IMG/VR virus record: IMGVR_UViG_3300032083_003901 | Location: 9,891-73,890 of that record | DNA: 64,000 nt | Direction: 5' to 3' (one strand) | Source: a virus | In this document: positions 1-10,833 of the stretch, one piece after another | How positions within the stretch are numbered: position 1 is the first letter of the stretch | Layout: each line of letters starts with the position of its first letter | Notes under the pieces: model-generated | The model's database searches: none | What the model was told of the DNA's origin: nothing | What the model saw: the letters and a program-made list of their open reading frames with translations, nothing else | Position numbers and translations under genes: made by a program

Positions 1-327
1 CTGAGTTTCGACTATTCAGAAAGCACTTGGTCCATAGACGAAGGCTCGCGAGCTCCCAAGTCTGTGGCAATTACCATGGCATTTGCACCGATCCACGACT
101 TGCCTGTTGGCCTCGACAGCGACGGTCGAATGAGGGCCATGTCTCACCCAGTCGGCAACTTGGCCAAGAACAGCGCGTCGCAGACCACATTCGGCGACGT
201 TTACGAAACGAACAATGAAGTAAATGATAACAACTACACTGGCAAAGAAGTCGGCATCGTGCCTAAGCTGGCCAAGGCTCGCACCGGTGCTAATAAGACA
301 ACCGGCGTAGGTGGCACTGACTTCTAG
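1..327 (+). CDS. C-terminal part of baseplate/tail-tube-initiator-like protein (5' truncated)
   Basis: Frame 1 is open from base 1 (LSFDYSESTWSIDEGSRAPKSVAITMAFAPIHDLPVGLD); resembles contractile-tail tube-initiator C-termini; lies directly upstream of a LysM baseplate gene. Confidence 0.5.
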   Translation: MSFDYSESTWSIDEGSRAPKSVAITMAFAPIHDLPVGLDSDGRMRAMSHPVGNLAKNSASQTTFGDVYETNNEVNDNNYTGKEVGIVPKLAKARTGANKTTGVGGTDF

Positions 328-347
328 ACCAAAGTCGAGAATTACAG

Positions 348-641
348 ATGGCAATTAGCAGATACGACGAAGACAATTTTGTGCAGGGCGGCAAGCTTTT
401 AGGCACCAATCAAGCCATCGTGCGCTTGCGAGACGCGATCAACAACGGTGCCGTTTCCACATTTGAAACGATCACCACCAATGCCGAGCGCTTGGATATT
501 ATAGCTGGTCGCCAGTACGGCGACGGCCGACTGTGGTGGGTGATTGCAGCGGCTAGCGGAGTTGGTTGGTGGCCACAGGTGCCGGCCGGCACCAGATTGG
601 TTGTGCCTAGTGACATCTCCGAGGTAGAGGCAGCGCTGTGA
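348..641 (+). CDS. LysM/Tail-X-like baseplate wedge protein
   Basis: ERLDIIAGRQYGDGRLWWVIAAASG...GTRLVVP LysM-like pattern (gp53/P2 gpX type). Confidence 0.75.
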   Translation: MAISRYDEDNFVQGGKLLGTNQAIVRLRDAINNGAVSTFETITTNAERLDIIAGRQYGDGRLWWVIAAASGVGWWPQVPAGTRLVVPSDISEVEAAL

Positions 642-3565
642 AGCCAACTGATGCCAGAAGGGCTTACAACGAACTGGCCAAGTATTTTGGCCTGCGTGCT
701 AGAGATGCATTTCTCAATGCTGCAGACGGCAAGAGTGATGGTGGCGCCGGCCCCGGCGACAAAAATCCAAAATCCGAATTCTTGAATGCCATCTTTAGCC
801 AGTCCACGTCTGGGTTTGCAGACAACGCTAAATTATCTGACTTGGCAAAAAATTTAGTTTCTGATGATTTTTGTGCCATCACCCAAGACGGAACGAAATT
901 TGATAAGATCGATTATAAAAAAAAGTCAGACCAGGGCTGGGGTGTTGGAACAGGAAATGTCAAAATAAGCGATTTTGCCGCTATAAACGATGAAGGCAAC
1001 GTAATGGCCCTGCAGATCTTTCCAATCAATGTCGGCTTGGACATTACAGACACTGAAATTACGTCACTGTTTCTCAACTCTCTAAACACGCTGTCCATCT
1101 CTCAGGCTGTTCCGTACATGGATGTGCAACTCATCACAGCAGTCCCAGAAGGAGACGGCAATTTCAAAAGTGCGCCGAAAATGTCACTGGGAAAATTTCT
1201 TGGCGCTGGTGACGAGTCGAATGATGCCATGCTGGGTCGATTCACACAGAACCCAGCAGTCAAGGGAGCCAACGACGCCACGTTAGGCACTGTGGCCGGC
1301 ATGGAAATATTCACCACGCCGCAGACGCTAGTCGACTCCACCAACGTGTCCTATTCCCGGGAAAAGGGCGGACCCATCGATAAGTTCCGACCGTTTATGG
1401 CAATTGAAGGTATCACGATCACCGATTCTTTTTCTGGCGCTGGCACCATTTCTTACAAGTCGGCCGAGATGAACCTGATCCTTTTCGACAAGGGGCGGCT
1501 CAACGAGATCTCCGAGTTCGTGGCCCCAAGAAGAGACCCAAACGTTAAGTTCCAGATCACTTACGGCTGGTCTCACCCTGATGGCGGCAATCTGTCCAGG
1601 CCGGCTGACTCTGACGCGGAAGCCCGGATAGGCACGCTTGTGGATTCCATGAGAGTTTCAGAGCTCTACACGCTGGTCAACAGCAACTACAACATCAATG
1701 CCGATGGTACTGTCAATATCGGCTTGACACTTTCCATGGACGCCACCAATCAAATCAGGTCCAAGACGCTGATGGGTACAGCATTTTCCATTTCATCAAC
1801 CCCGGGTATCGATGTCAATGACCTCAATCGGCAGCTGGAAGACATAAAGAATGCTTTCGCTGATGTGGTCTTTCCTGGCAACGCCAGAATTGACTTACCA
1901 ACTTTTGTGCAGTCTCCTGACATTGGCAGTATCATCAGCATGGATTCAGAAAGTGTTAAAAAACTCAGGCAGTTTGCCAACAGACTTCGACAATCTAAAA
2001 AGCTGCCCGCCAGTGTTCGTAGTGAGGCTGCTACTTTGATGGCCATATTTGGAAAAAGAGGTACAAGAAAAACTCTTGTAAAAGGCCGCGAAGATCAGGC
2101 TACAGGCTTTGTCAATTTTTTGCGAAAAACTGCCGATCCGTATTTGCGATTTGGCAGTTCAAAGTACGGCGTGCAAGAAGCACATTTCAAAGGTGGCAGA
2201 ATAAAAAAACGAGAAGATGAAGCTGGGGAAGCAAAAAAGCAAACGTACGTCTCCTACGGCAAGCTCATGCTAAGCGTTCTGACTCCAGTGTTGTCAGGTC
2301 CGGATACTGATTTGCAATTCTTTTTCTCGTCGTTCAATGCCAACGCTGCAGCAGTTTTCGATTATAACATAGCACAGTTTCCAATAGAACTTAACGATTT
2401 TGAAAAAGAGCTCAAAGAGTTTTTGAAAAAGAGGGCACAGGTCACCATCGATGACTTTGTTAGATTTGTGTCGGAAAAGTTTCTTACTTTTGACGGGGCC
2501 CGGGCGTTTGGTATGTCTAACGTCGTCAAGCCAAACGAGCGAAAGGAGGTAGGCAGTACACAATCAGTCGCATCAAAAGCCACCCGAAGACTGTTCAGCT
2601 CCAAAGACCCTGCTGATGCTCTAAAGCTGCAAAAAATCCAGAGAGACAACTTGCTGGCAATTTATGGCCAGAAAAGAAAGCGACCGCTCTACGTGAAGCC
2701 CCGAGTTAGCATGCGAATTGTCACCAGAAAATCTAGTAGTGACCCAAGTAAAAGCGTGACCCGAGTATACTTTCAGGATCTCACAGCCGGACAACAGACA
2801 ACAACAGCACAGGCCTTGATAGATCTCATGCGTAGTGGTGTCACTGATGAGCCCGACTATTCGTCTACAGTGAAAGATAAAAAAAGAACGCCTAGGCACA
2901 ACGAAGCTTTCAGCGGCAACTTAAAAAAACTTGTGGATCTCAAATATATTGTCAAGGCTTCAGACCAAAATACAAATGATGATGAGAAAGTGAAAGATGC
3001 CATCAAAAAATCGCTGGAAGACAAACTCAAAGGCAATGACAAGGACGCAAGAATAAAGGAAATTCTCGATAGTTTGGACCAAAAATATTTTCTAAATACC
3101 GATGCCCCTAGTTTGAGAAAGTTCTTTTTCGAAAATTCACCTTATCTGCTGCACGGCACAGAAGCATCAGGCATCATTGAAGCATCGATGTCTGCCGAAG
3201 CCGATGATAATCTGACGTCAATCTTTCTGGCACAGAGGTATTCAGGCAAGGGTGACTTGTCAGCTCCACAACAGTCAACGAACCTGCCTTTCATGGTGCA
3301 TCCAGCGACTTTATCGATAACCACGTTCGGCTGTCCCACGCTAAATCTGGCACAAAAGTATTTCGTCGACTATGCTACTAATACCACGCTGGACAACTAT
3401 TACAACGTTGTTTCGGTTAGCCACAAGATTGACGCAACCGGTTACACGACGAGTGCAGAGCTCAAACCTGCCAACGCTTACGGATCCTACGCTAACATCG
3501 AAGATCGCTTGGCTGACATACTGATCTTGGCTTATAAAAGCGAGAAAAAGAAAGCCAAAAAATAG
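638..3565 (+). CDS. Large baseplate hub/tail protein (gp27/gpD-like C-terminus)
   Basis: 975 aa; C-terminal SITTFGCP...YYNVVSVSHKIDATGYTTSAEL is typical of hub proteins; follows the LysM gene. Confidence 0.55.
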   Translation: MKPTDARRAYNELAKYFGLRARDAFLNAADGKSDGGAGPGDKNPKSEFLNAIFSQSTSGFADNAKLSDLAKNLVSDDFCAITQDGTKFDKIDYKKKSDQGWGVGTGNVKISDFAAINDEGNVMALQIFPINVGLDITDTEITSLFLNSLNTLSISQAVPYMDVQLITAVPEGDGNFKSAPKMSLGKFLGAGDESNDAMLGRFTQNPAVKGANDATLGTVAGMEIFTTPQTLVDSTNVSYSREKGGPIDKFRPFMAIEGITITDSFSGAGTISYKSAEMNLILFDKGRLNEISEFVAPRRDPNVKFQITYGWSHPDGGNLSRPADSDAEARIGTLVDSMRVSELYTLVNSNYNINADGTVNIGLTLSMDATNQIRSKTLMGTAFSISSTPGIDVNDLNRQLEDIKNAFADVVFPGNARIDLPTFVQSPDIGSIISMDSESVKKLRQFANRLRQSKKLPASVRSEAATLMAIFGKRGTRKTLVKGREDQATGFVNFLRKTADPYLRFGSSKYGVQEAHFKGGRIKKREDEAGEAKKQTYVSYGKLMLSVLTPVLSGPDTDLQFFFSSFNANAAAVFDYNIAQFPIELNDFEKELKEFLKKRAQVTIDDFVRFVSEKFLTFDGARAFGMSNVVKPNERKEVGSTQSVASKATRRLFSSKDPADALKLQKIQRDNLLAIYGQKRKRPLYVKPRVSMRIVTRKSSSDPSKSVTRVYFQDLTAGQQTTTAQALIDLMRSGVTDEPDYSSTVKDKKRTPRHNEAFSGNLKKLVDLKYIVKASDQNTNDDEKVKDAIKKSLEDKLKGNDKDARIKEILDSLDQKYFLNTDAPSLRKFFFENSPYLLHGTEASGIIEASMSAEADDNLTSIFLAQRYSGKGDLSAPQQSTNLPFMVHPATLSITTFGCPTLNLAQKYFVDYATNTTLDNYYNVVSVSHKIDATGYTTSAELKPANAYGSYANIEDRLADILILAYKSEKKKAKK

Positions 3566-3602
3566 TTTTGAAATATTTTGCCATTTCTAGAATAATGAAT
3601 CC

Positions 3603-4712
3603 ATGCGTGTATTCGAAAGAGTCAAAGGCAGGGACATAGTACTGGCTGACGTTGATGCTGTGGATTCTGGCGTCACTTTGTCTTGGTCGGCTGCAGCTGA
3701 ATTTCTGACTATCGTTACTGGCTTTGAGCAGCCTACCCTACCGGCCGAAATTGAGTCAATGTGCAGTCTACTACAAGCACCGGCTTCTACTTGGCCGCTT
3801 TTGCTGCCCAAACAGAGAAGGCAAGAAATAGTCAACATGCGTCAGAGCCAGTTGGAAAGCACGTTCGAAGACGGTCGCATGTTAGAGTATTTTAATACTT
3901 GGCTGCAGGGTCGTAGATTTTTGGACCGCCTAGGTCGCATGCGCATTGATCTGCCCAAGTTCCAGGAATTCACTGACAGCAAAGCTGCAATAGAGCGTAT
4001 CCACCCTAAAACCGGTGCAACAAACGTCAGATACAACACTGCTGGCTCGACGACTGGCCGGCTAACAATAACAGATGGTCCCAATTTTCTAGTTCTTCCA
4101 AAAGAGACGCGTAGATGCCTTCTAAAGGACTTTTCTGATTCTGCCATATACTCTATTGACTTTACGTCTTTGGAGCCGCGTGTGACATTCTGGCTGTCTT
4201 CTAACGACCTTTCCGAGGAAGATGTTTATGAAGAAGTCATGAACATGTGCGATATCGAAGATCGCGAGACTGCCAAGCTAGCCACGCTGTCAACACTCTA
4301 CGGAGCTGGAGCCCAGAGGTTGGCTACAACAGTCGGTTCTCTGCGTCAAGCCAAACAGATGATGGAACGTGTTTCCCGATATTTCGGAGTACCGGATATT
4401 GAAAATAAGCTAGCTATCCAAGCCGAGAATGGTGGCGTCAAGAATCACTTCGGTCGACCGCTGCATGAAGCCACTAAGAATAAGCGAGTCAGGCTTAACC
4501 ATTACGTTCAGTCAACAGCTGCTGAGCTAGCTGTGTTGATGTTTGCCAAGCTTTGTGCAGAACATCCAGCTGTTAAGCCTTTGCTTGTGATTCACGATGC
4601 CCTAATTGTCGAAGTGCCCAAGTCTGCTGAAGACTACTTTTTTGCAGCGTGCGAAAATATGCGATATGAAGGCTTCTGGTTCCCGACAAAGAGAGAACGT
4701 TTAGATAATTAA
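3603..4712 (+). CDS. Minimal family A DNA polymerase (polymerase domain only)
   Basis: TTGRLT..PNF; motif A DFTSLEPR; motif B RETAKLATLSTLYG; NHYVQSTAAE; motif C IHDAL. Confidence 0.85.
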   Translation: MRVFERVKGRDIVLADVDAVDSGVTLSWSAAAEFLTIVTGFEQPTLPAEIESMCSLLQAPASTWPLLLPKQRRQEIVNMRQSQLESTFEDGRMLEYFNTWLQGRRFLDRLGRMRIDLPKFQEFTDSKAAIERIHPKTGATNVRYNTAGSTTGRLTITDGPNFLVLPKETRRCLLKDFSDSAIYSIDFTSLEPRVTFWLSSNDLSEEDVYEEVMNMCDIEDRETAKLATLSTLYGAGAQRLATTVGSLRQAKQMMERVSRYFGVPDIENKLAIQAENGGVKNHFGRPLHEATKNKRVRLNHYVQSTAAELAVLMFAKLCAEHPAVKPLLVIHDALIVEVPKSAEDYFFAACENMRYEGFWFPTKRERLDN

Positions 4713-4727
4713 GGGCAGCGGGAGAAC

Positions 4728-5318
4728 ATGATGCGTTACTCAAAACTAGACCAGATGATAAAAGAAGCTGCACTCGAACTCTTCGCAGAGCAGCAAAATC
4801 CTGAGAAGCCGAAGGAAGAAAAGAGTGCTTACGAAAAAGCTACTGAAAAGTACGACGAGAAGAAAGCCAAAGAAAAAGAAGCCAAGGAAAAGAAAAAAAC
4901 TAGTTCTAATAACAATAAAATTGTCGTAGAAAAACCAGGTGGCGGCAGATATCTAGAGTTAGTTAGAGCAAAAGAAACTCGAGTAAACAATGACCCAGAG
5001 GGCCTTATGAACGACCTGAAAGTTAGGGCAGCATCTGGTTCTACAGATCTAGAAAAGGCAACTAGCATACTGATGCAAGCCATTCAGAAAAACGATATCA
5101 TGAGAGAAGCATTTGGCATGCCATCTGTAAAAACTGTTGGAGACTCAAAAAGAGTGGAGATTCCAATAAAGTCCAGTGAGATCTCACAGAGAAATGGCAC
5201 CAAATTTCTTTACCTTACTCTGTTAGGCGCTGAAGCAGCAAACCTTCTGTCGATGAAAGATGGCATTAAATTCGTTGCTAGAAATACTGTAGCAGTTCCT
5301 ACAATGGCTGAATTGTAA
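4728..5318 (+). CDS. Hypothetical protein (possible late/virion protein)
   Basis: 196 aa ORF with RBS; N-terminal LDQMIKEAALE; late-motif variant GATAATTA upstream. Confidence 0.6.
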   Translation: MMRYSKLDQMIKEAALELFAEQQNPEKPKEEKSAYEKATEKYDEKKAKEKEAKEKKKTSSNNNKIVVEKPGGGRYLELVRAKETRVNNDPEGLMNDLKVRAASGSTDLEKATSILMQAIQKNDIMREAFGMPSVKTVGDSKRVEIPIKSSEISQRNGTKFLYLTLLGAEAANLLSMKDGIKFVARNTVAVPTMAEL

Positions 5319-5347
5319 ATTTTGCTTTTTTTGTCCATAATAATCAC

Positions 5348-5935
5348 ATGGATACTAACCTAGAAAACATCAAAAATTCTTACGACAAATACATTTCACT
5401 GCTTAAGAAGTTTTTTCCTGACGATGAGTCTCAAGCCGGCATTGATCGGCTAGAAGAAGAGTTGGGAGAACGATTGGCATTGTGCCCTCGCGAGCTAACG
5501 CCGGACAAGGGCGGAACCCCTGGCGGCCTCATTGCTTTTGCGCTAAACACGGCAAAGCATGCAAAAGCATTTGATGCCAAAGTGGATCCTAAGAGCTTGG
5601 CTCGCGTTGCCCTAGTTCACGAGCTGGGACGATTGGGAGATCCGGGAGAAGGCATGGACCTCTTCATTCCAGAGGAGTCAGATTGGCATCGAGAAAAATT
5701 GGGCCGCTACTACAAGTACAACGACAAGTGCCCCAAGATGTCGGTTGCGCACCGAACCCTTTTCTACATTTCTCGTTACAAGCTGGATGTGACCAAAGAC
5801 GAGTGGGTTGCTTTGGCTACCTCTGCAGGCTTTCAGTACGATGAAAATCGATTCTATGCTAACGAGACTTTGCCTTTGGCACAAGCACTTCACACAGCAA
5901 GAACTTTTGCTTTATCTGATCTAAAAGACCAGTAA
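5348..5935 (+). CDS. Degenerate HD-domain-like protein
   Basis: LVHELGRLGD resembles HDLGKxG of phage HD hydrolases but has HE; upstream His missing (GGLIAFALN). Confidence 0.55.
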   Translation: MDTNLENIKNSYDKYISLLKKFFPDDESQAGIDRLEEELGERLALCPRELTPDKGGTPGGLIAFALNTAKHAKAFDAKVDPKSLARVALVHELGRLGDPGEGMDLFIPEESDWHREKLGRYYKYNDKCPKMSVAHRTLFYISRYKLDVTKDEWVALATSAGFQYDENRFYANETLPLAQALHTARTFALSDLKDQ

Positions 5936-5951
5936 GGTCATATTTATAAGC

Positions 5952-6224
5952 ATGAAGAAAAGTCTGTGGCAGTACGTAAACTGGATGCTCAACGAAGGCG
6001 CCGACGAACCCGAAGGCGATCTTTTGACTGAGCCTGATCTTCCGGACGAGGAAGAAGAGGAGCAGGCAGAGCAGAGCGTATCTAGTGCTATAGCAGGAGC
6101 CACAACTCCACTCGGCACAGATGCAACGTATCCAAACGCGCAAGCCGGTCGACGCAAGTCGCCGGCTGAAGCTGCCGGCGACGCTTTTGGTGGTGCGCGA
6201 CCACCCAAAAAAATGCGCAAATAA
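5952..6224 (+). CDS. Hypothetical acidic protein
   Basis: 90 aa ORF, preceded by the ATATTTA motif. Confidence 0.55.
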   Translation: MKKSLWQYVNWMLNEGADEPEGDLLTEPDLPDEEEEEQAEQSVSSAIAGATTPLGTDATYPNAQAGRRKSPAEAAGDAFGGARPPKKMRK

Positions 6225-6335
6225 TTTTGAATATTGAACTTTAATTTTTTAGTATTATACCGCAAGCAAAACAAAGTATGAATTTATAATTTGTGTATTG
6301 CTTTATTGCCAATTTAGACATATGGAGGTTAGAAA

Positions 6336-7121
6336 ATGGCAGTCAATCTAGAAGCACTTCAAAAGAAGCTCAACCAACTTAGCGGCGTAAACACGCGCAA
6401 AAACATTATGTGGCGCCCGCCTGAGGGTGAAGAGACCACAATTCGAATTGTCGCCTTTCCAGACAACGATGGTCAGCCTTTCAAAGAGCGCTACTTTTAC
6501 TACAATATCGGCAATAACCCAGGCCTACTTGCCCCTTACCAGTTTGGCAAGCCTGATCCGTTCCAGGAGCTCATTACTAAGCTTCGCAGCGATGATTCAA
6601 AAGAGTCTTACGAGCTGGCGAAGAAGCTCTATCCTAAGATGCGATCTTATGCAGCAGTTATCGTTCGAGGCGAGGAAGACAAGGGCGTTCGACTCTGGTC
6701 TTTCGGCAAGACCGTTTATCAGGATCTGCTAAAGATCATGCTTGATGCTGACTATGGCGACATTACTGATCTCAACGAGGGCTTTGACATCAAGGTTAGC
6801 TGCACCAAGCAGCCTGGTCGTATGTGGGCTGAGACGTCAGTTCGTCCTCGACCTAAGTCGACTGCACTATCGACCGATAAGAAGCAGATCAAAGAGTGGA
6901 CTAGCAACATTCCTGACCTGGATGAAATGTACACCTGCAAGTCGTATGATGAGCTTGAGAAAATCATCAATACTTGGCTTGAGGATCCAAATGCCGACGA
7001 CGGGTCAACTCGTGGCTTTTCGTCTAACAATACAGAGTCGACTAGCAGCTCTAGTTCCACCAGCAATACGTCAACAATGAAAGACTTGGACGACGCTTTT
7101 GCGGATCTAGAAAATCTCTAA
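6336..7121 (+). CDS. Single-stranded DNA-binding protein, T4 gp32-like
   Basis: WRPPEG..TIRIV, GVRLWSFGKTVYQ, YGDITDLNEGFDI, Ser-rich linker and acidic tail DLDDAFADL; GGAGG RBS. Confidence 0.85.
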   Translation: MAVNLEALQKKLNQLSGVNTRKNIMWRPPEGEETTIRIVAFPDNDGQPFKERYFYYNIGNNPGLLAPYQFGKPDPFQELITKLRSDDSKESYELAKKLYPKMRSYAAVIVRGEEDKGVRLWSFGKTVYQDLLKIMLDADYGDITDLNEGFDIKVSCTKQPGRMWAETSVRPRPKSTALSTDKKQIKEWTSNIPDLDEMYTCKSYDELEKIINTWLEDPNADDGSTRGFSSNNTESTSSSSSTSNTSTMKDLDDAFADLENL

Positions 7122-7143
7122 TTCTCTAAAACTATAGAGAACG

Positions 7144-7184
7144 AACTGGGCGGCATGCAAAAAGTGTGCGGCCCAGTTTTGTTT
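7144..7184 (+). terminator. Putative intrinsic terminator after SSB
   Basis: AACTGGGCGGCATGC-AAAAA-GTGTGCGGCCCAGTT imperfect hairpin followed by TTGTTT. Confidence 0.6.
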
Positions 7185-7226
7185 AATAGCCTTTCTAGTT
7201 CTATAATCACTCAGGAGGTTTGATAG

Positions 7227-8417
7227 ATGGCAAAAAAGAAAAATAACGCAATGGATAGCTTCACAGAAGATCTGATCAAGTCGATCAACAAGGATCACGG
7301 ATCGAAGATCGCCTACAATCTCGAGCACGATGTTTCTCCGACGCACGTCAAGCGCTGGATCAAAACAGGATCAACGCAGCTCGATTATATTATTTCTAAC
7401 CGAAGAGATGGCGGTATGCCAGAAGGTCGAATCGTAGAGATCTTTGGTCCTCCATCTATTGGCAAGTCGCATATCGCAATTCAGATTGCAAAGTCTACGC
7501 AAGATATGGGCGGCATTGTTGTTTACATCGATACGGAGAATGCGACTAGCGTAGAAAACCTTTCTTTACTAGGCGTTGACATTAGTAAAAGATTCGTTTA
7601 TGTCGATACTCATTGTACCGAAGAGGTTTTGGCTATTGCTGAATCGACAATTCTAAAAGCCAAAGCAATGGACAAAGATGTTCCAGTCACGATTATCTGG
7701 GATTCTGTCGCAGCAACTTCTCCTAAAGCAGAGTTGATTGGCGATTACGACAAAGAAACTATCGGCTTGCAAGCTCGAGCAATTTCAAAAGGCATGCGAA
7801 AAATCACAGGCGTGATTGCAAACCAAAATGTTTTGATGATTTGCTTGAATCAGATTCGAACTAAAATTGGAGTCATGTATGGAGATCCTACTACTACACC
7901 CGGCGGTAAGGCAATCCCTTTTCACTCGTCTGTACGAATCAAACTGGGTGCAGGACAACAAATTACCAACAAAGACAAAGAAGTAATTGGAATCAACGTT
8001 TCTGCTAAGACTATCAAGAATAAAGTCTCTGCGCCTTTTAGAACCTGTAATTTCGAGATTCACTTTGGCGTGGGTATCAAAGAGCACGAGCAGTTGTTTG
8101 ACGTTCTTCGAAAGGCTGGCGAAACTACAGTCAACGGCAAAACCATTGCAATCTCAGGCACCGGAGCTTGGAAGACATTGTTGGTCAGCGATGCTGAAAC
8201 TGGAGAGGTCGTTGTAGAGAAGAAGTTCTATAAGGCTGATTTTGATCAAGTCTTGGCAGACCCAGAGTACAAGCAATATCTCGATGATTTGACAGAACAG
8301 GCTTTCGTAAAGAAAATGAAAGATCCTGATGAGATTGACATCGATACTGAATCTTACGAAGAAGTAAGAGCTGTTGCAGATGATATGGAAGAAGCTTTAG
8401 CTGATCTAGACATTTGA
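7227..8417 (+). CDS. recA: RecA/UvsX-family recombinase
   Basis: GRIVEIFGPPSIGKS Walker A; YIDTE; IIWDSVAA; NQIRTKIGVMYGDPTTTPGGKAIPFHSSVRI. Confidence 0.95.
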   Translation: MAKKKNNAMDSFTEDLIKSINKDHGSKIAYNLEHDVSPTHVKRWIKTGSTQLDYIISNRRDGGMPEGRIVEIFGPPSIGKSHIAIQIAKSTQDMGGIVVYIDTENATSVENLSLLGVDISKRFVYVDTHCTEEVLAIAESTILKAKAMDKDVPVTIIWDSVAATSPKAELIGDYDKETIGLQARAISKGMRKITGVIANQNVLMICLNQIRTKIGVMYGDPTTTPGGKAIPFHSSVRIKLGAGQQITNKDKEVIGINVSAKTIKNKVSAPFRTCNFEIHFGVGIKEHEQLFDVLRKAGETTVNGKTIAISGTGAWKTLLVSDAETGEVVVEKKFYKADFDQVLADPEYKQYLDDLTEQAFVKKMKDPDEIDIDTESYEEVRAVADDMEEALADLDI

Positions 8418-8434
8418 TTTCTTGGAGTTTTTGA

Positions 8435-9403
8435 ATGAAAAAGGAGACTGCTATCGATAAGCCAGTTCTTCTTGTTGATGGCCTGAATGTCTTTATGAGA
8501 CATTTTTGCGCAAATCCGTCGATGTCCGAAAATGGAGAACACGTCGGCGGATTTGTAGGCTTCATCAAAGGTCTGGGGTTGCTTTGTGAAAAATTTTCAC
8601 CGCAGCGCATTATTGTAGTCTGGGAATCTGGAGGCAGCAATAGGCGCCGAGCAATCATGGGCTCGTATAAATCTGGCAGACGGCCGGCTGCATTGAATCG
8701 TTACTATGAGAACGATATTCCAGCTACAGCAACCAACCATACGATGCAAGTCAATATGCTAGTCAAAGCTCTTGGTCATCTGCCAGTGACTCAGCTTTAT
8801 GTCAAAAACTGTGAAGCTGATGACATTATTGGTTATTTGGTAAGATACGATATTCTAAAATCTCCTATTATGATCGTGTCTTCTGATAAAGATTTGTATC
8901 AACTAATAGGCGAAAGCGTTCTGCAATATTCGCCTGGTCAAAAGAAAGTAATTGATACTTCGGAAGTCCTGCAAAAATTTGGCATTCACCCAACTAACTT
9001 TGTGACTGCGCGCTGTTTCATAGGAGACTCGAGTGACGACGTGTCAGGAATCAAAGGAGCAGGATTCAAGAATATATCTCGTTGGTTTCCTTTTCTGGCT
9101 GAATCTGATTTCCACTCTTGTCAAGACGTAGTGGAACATGCACGGTTTTTGTCTGTAAAAAACAAAGGCAAGACGATTAAAGCAATTGCCGAAGCCGGCA
9201 CAATGGCTCAGCAAAACTGGCGCCTGATGCACTTAGACACACAAAACTTGGCAGCAGATCAGGTCAAAAAAATTAGCGATCAACTTGAAAATATTGGAAA
9301 TTCCAATAAAATGGCATTGTTGCGCATGATGGCACAGCATGGCATGCAATCATTTGATATTAGTAGACACTTCGTTGCAATTAATTCCGTGAGGTATAGA
9401 TGA
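8435..9403 (+). CDS. 5'-3' exonuclease / flap endonuclease (T4 RNase H-like)
   Basis: LLVDGLN, YKSGR, EADDIIG, SSDKDLYQL, GDSSDDVSGIKGAG. Confidence 0.9.
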   Translation: MKKETAIDKPVLLVDGLNVFMRHFCANPSMSENGEHVGGFVGFIKGLGLLCEKFSPQRIIVVWESGGSNRRRAIMGSYKSGRRPAALNRYYENDIPATATNHTMQVNMLVKALGHLPVTQLYVKNCEADDIIGYLVRYDILKSPIMIVSSDKDLYQLIGESVLQYSPGQKKVIDTSEVLQKFGIHPTNFVTARCFIGDSSDDVSGIKGAGFKNISRWFPFLAESDFHSCQDVVEHARFLSVKNKGKTIKAIAEAGTMAQQNWRLMHLDTQNLAADQVKKISDQLENIGNSNKMALLRMMAQHGMQSFDISRHFVAINSVRYR

Positions 9404-10833
9404 ATATTCAAAACCAATTTTTGAGGCAAATAATCGAAAATTCCAGCGAAGTGCACCACTTTTCTAGATATGGAAAGAGCTTCCAGGAAAAAATCTTTCA
9501 GGGTCTAATTTCTGATAAACAGTGGTCTAGTCAAATGGTAGAGGTCATGCGGCCTAACTTTTTTGATGTAGATTATCTGCAGTTTTTGACAGAGAAGTAC
9601 TTTGCTTACTACGAGAAATATCGTTGCTTTCCGACTCTTGGCTTGTTAGTGCAAGTTATCAAAGAGGAGCTTTCTGATGGCAGTGACGATGTACTTCGAG
9701 ATCAGATCATCGAGTTTCTTTTGCGAGTCAAAGCTAATCCCAATCCGGGAGACATCGGCTACGTCAAAGACAAGACTTTAGATTTCTGTAAGCGCCAAGC
9801 TTTCAAAGGCGCACTCGAGAAATCTGTGGATTTGATTCAAGGCGAAAACTTTGAGCAAGTAATCGACCTAATGAAGAATGCTGTCTCTATCGGCATGCAG
9901 AATTCTAGTGGTCACGATTTCTTCGAGGACATTGAGGCTCGATTCGTCAAGATCAATCGCAATGCTGTGCCAACTGGCTTTGACCGACTAGACAAGAAAG
10001 ACATTTTCAAAGGCGGCTTGGGCCGTGGTGAGATCGGTGTTGTCACAGCAAATACTGGCGTAGGTAAATCACACTGGCTTGTTGCGGTTGGTGCAAACGC
10101 CATGCGTGCCGGCAAAAACGTTCTTCACTACACATTTGAGCTAACTGAGACTGCAGTCGGCATTCGATATGATTCTAACTTGTGTGGCATTCCAAGTAAT
10201 GATGTGCAGGACAGCAAAGATTTAGTCAAAGACGTTTATCAAAATAAAGATTTAGGCCGACTAATCATTAAAGAATATCCGACTGGCTCTGCTAGCGTTG
10301 TTACCCTGAGAAACCACATTGAAAAATTGTCTCTGAAAGGCTTCAAGCCTAACGTCATTATCATTGACTACGCAGATATTATGAAGTCTACTCGCTCTTA
10401 TGATAGCTTGCGACATGAGCTTAAGCTTATTTATGAAGAGTTGAGGAATCTAGCAATGGAGCTGGATATCCCAATTTGGACTGCGTCACAAGCAAATCGT
10501 GACAGCGCACAGTCGGACATTGTTGGTTTGGAGAATATGTCAGAAGCTTACGGAAAGGCGATGGTTGCAGATGTTGTTATTAGTCTATCCAGAAAAGCAG
10601 CTGAAAAATCAACAGGCATCGGCCGACTGTTTATTGCCAAAAATAGAGCTGGCAAAGACGGCATTGTGTTTCCAATCACAATTGACACATCGATGTCAAT
10701 GTTTGGCATTCTTGACGAAACTGCAATGTCTCTAAACGAAGCTACTGAAGCTTCTAACAGCGAGGCAAAAGCTGCGTTGCGTAAAAAGTGGCGCGAAGTA
10801 AAAGCCATGGGAGATGAGGTAGAAGCAGCATGA
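9400..10833 (+). CDS. Replicative DNA helicase, DnaB/gp41 family
   Basis: ANTGVGKS Walker A; IIIDYADIM; IWTASQANR; KNRAG. Confidence 0.92.
   Translation: MNIQNQFLRQIIENSSEVHHFSRYGKSFQEKIFQGLISDKQWSSQMVEVMRPNFFDVDYLQFLTEKYFAYYEKYRCFPTLGLLVQVIKEELSDGSDDVLRDQIIEFLLRVKANPNPGDIGYVKDKTLDFCKRQAFKGALEKSVDLIQGENFEQVIDLMKNAVSIGMQNSSGHDFFEDIEARFVKINRNAVPTGFDRLDKKDIFKGGLGRGEIGVVTANTGVGKSHWLVAVGANAMRAGKNVLHYTFELTETAVGIRYDSNLCGIPSNDVQDSKDLVKDVYQNKDLGRLIIKEYPTGSASVVTLRNHIEKLSLKGFKPNVIIIDYADIMKSTRSYDSLRHELKLIYEELRNLAMELDIPIWTASQANRDSAQSDIVGLENMSEAYGKAMVADVVISLSRKAAEKSTGIGRLFIAKNRAGKDGIVFPITIDTSMSMFGILDETAMSLNEATEASNSEAKAALRKKWREVKAMGDEVEAA

Noticed and set aside
5348-5935. DatZ/2-aminoadenine (Z-genome) pathway suggested by HD, MazG and PolA genes
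   Set aside because: No PurZ in the window and the HD motif is degenerate
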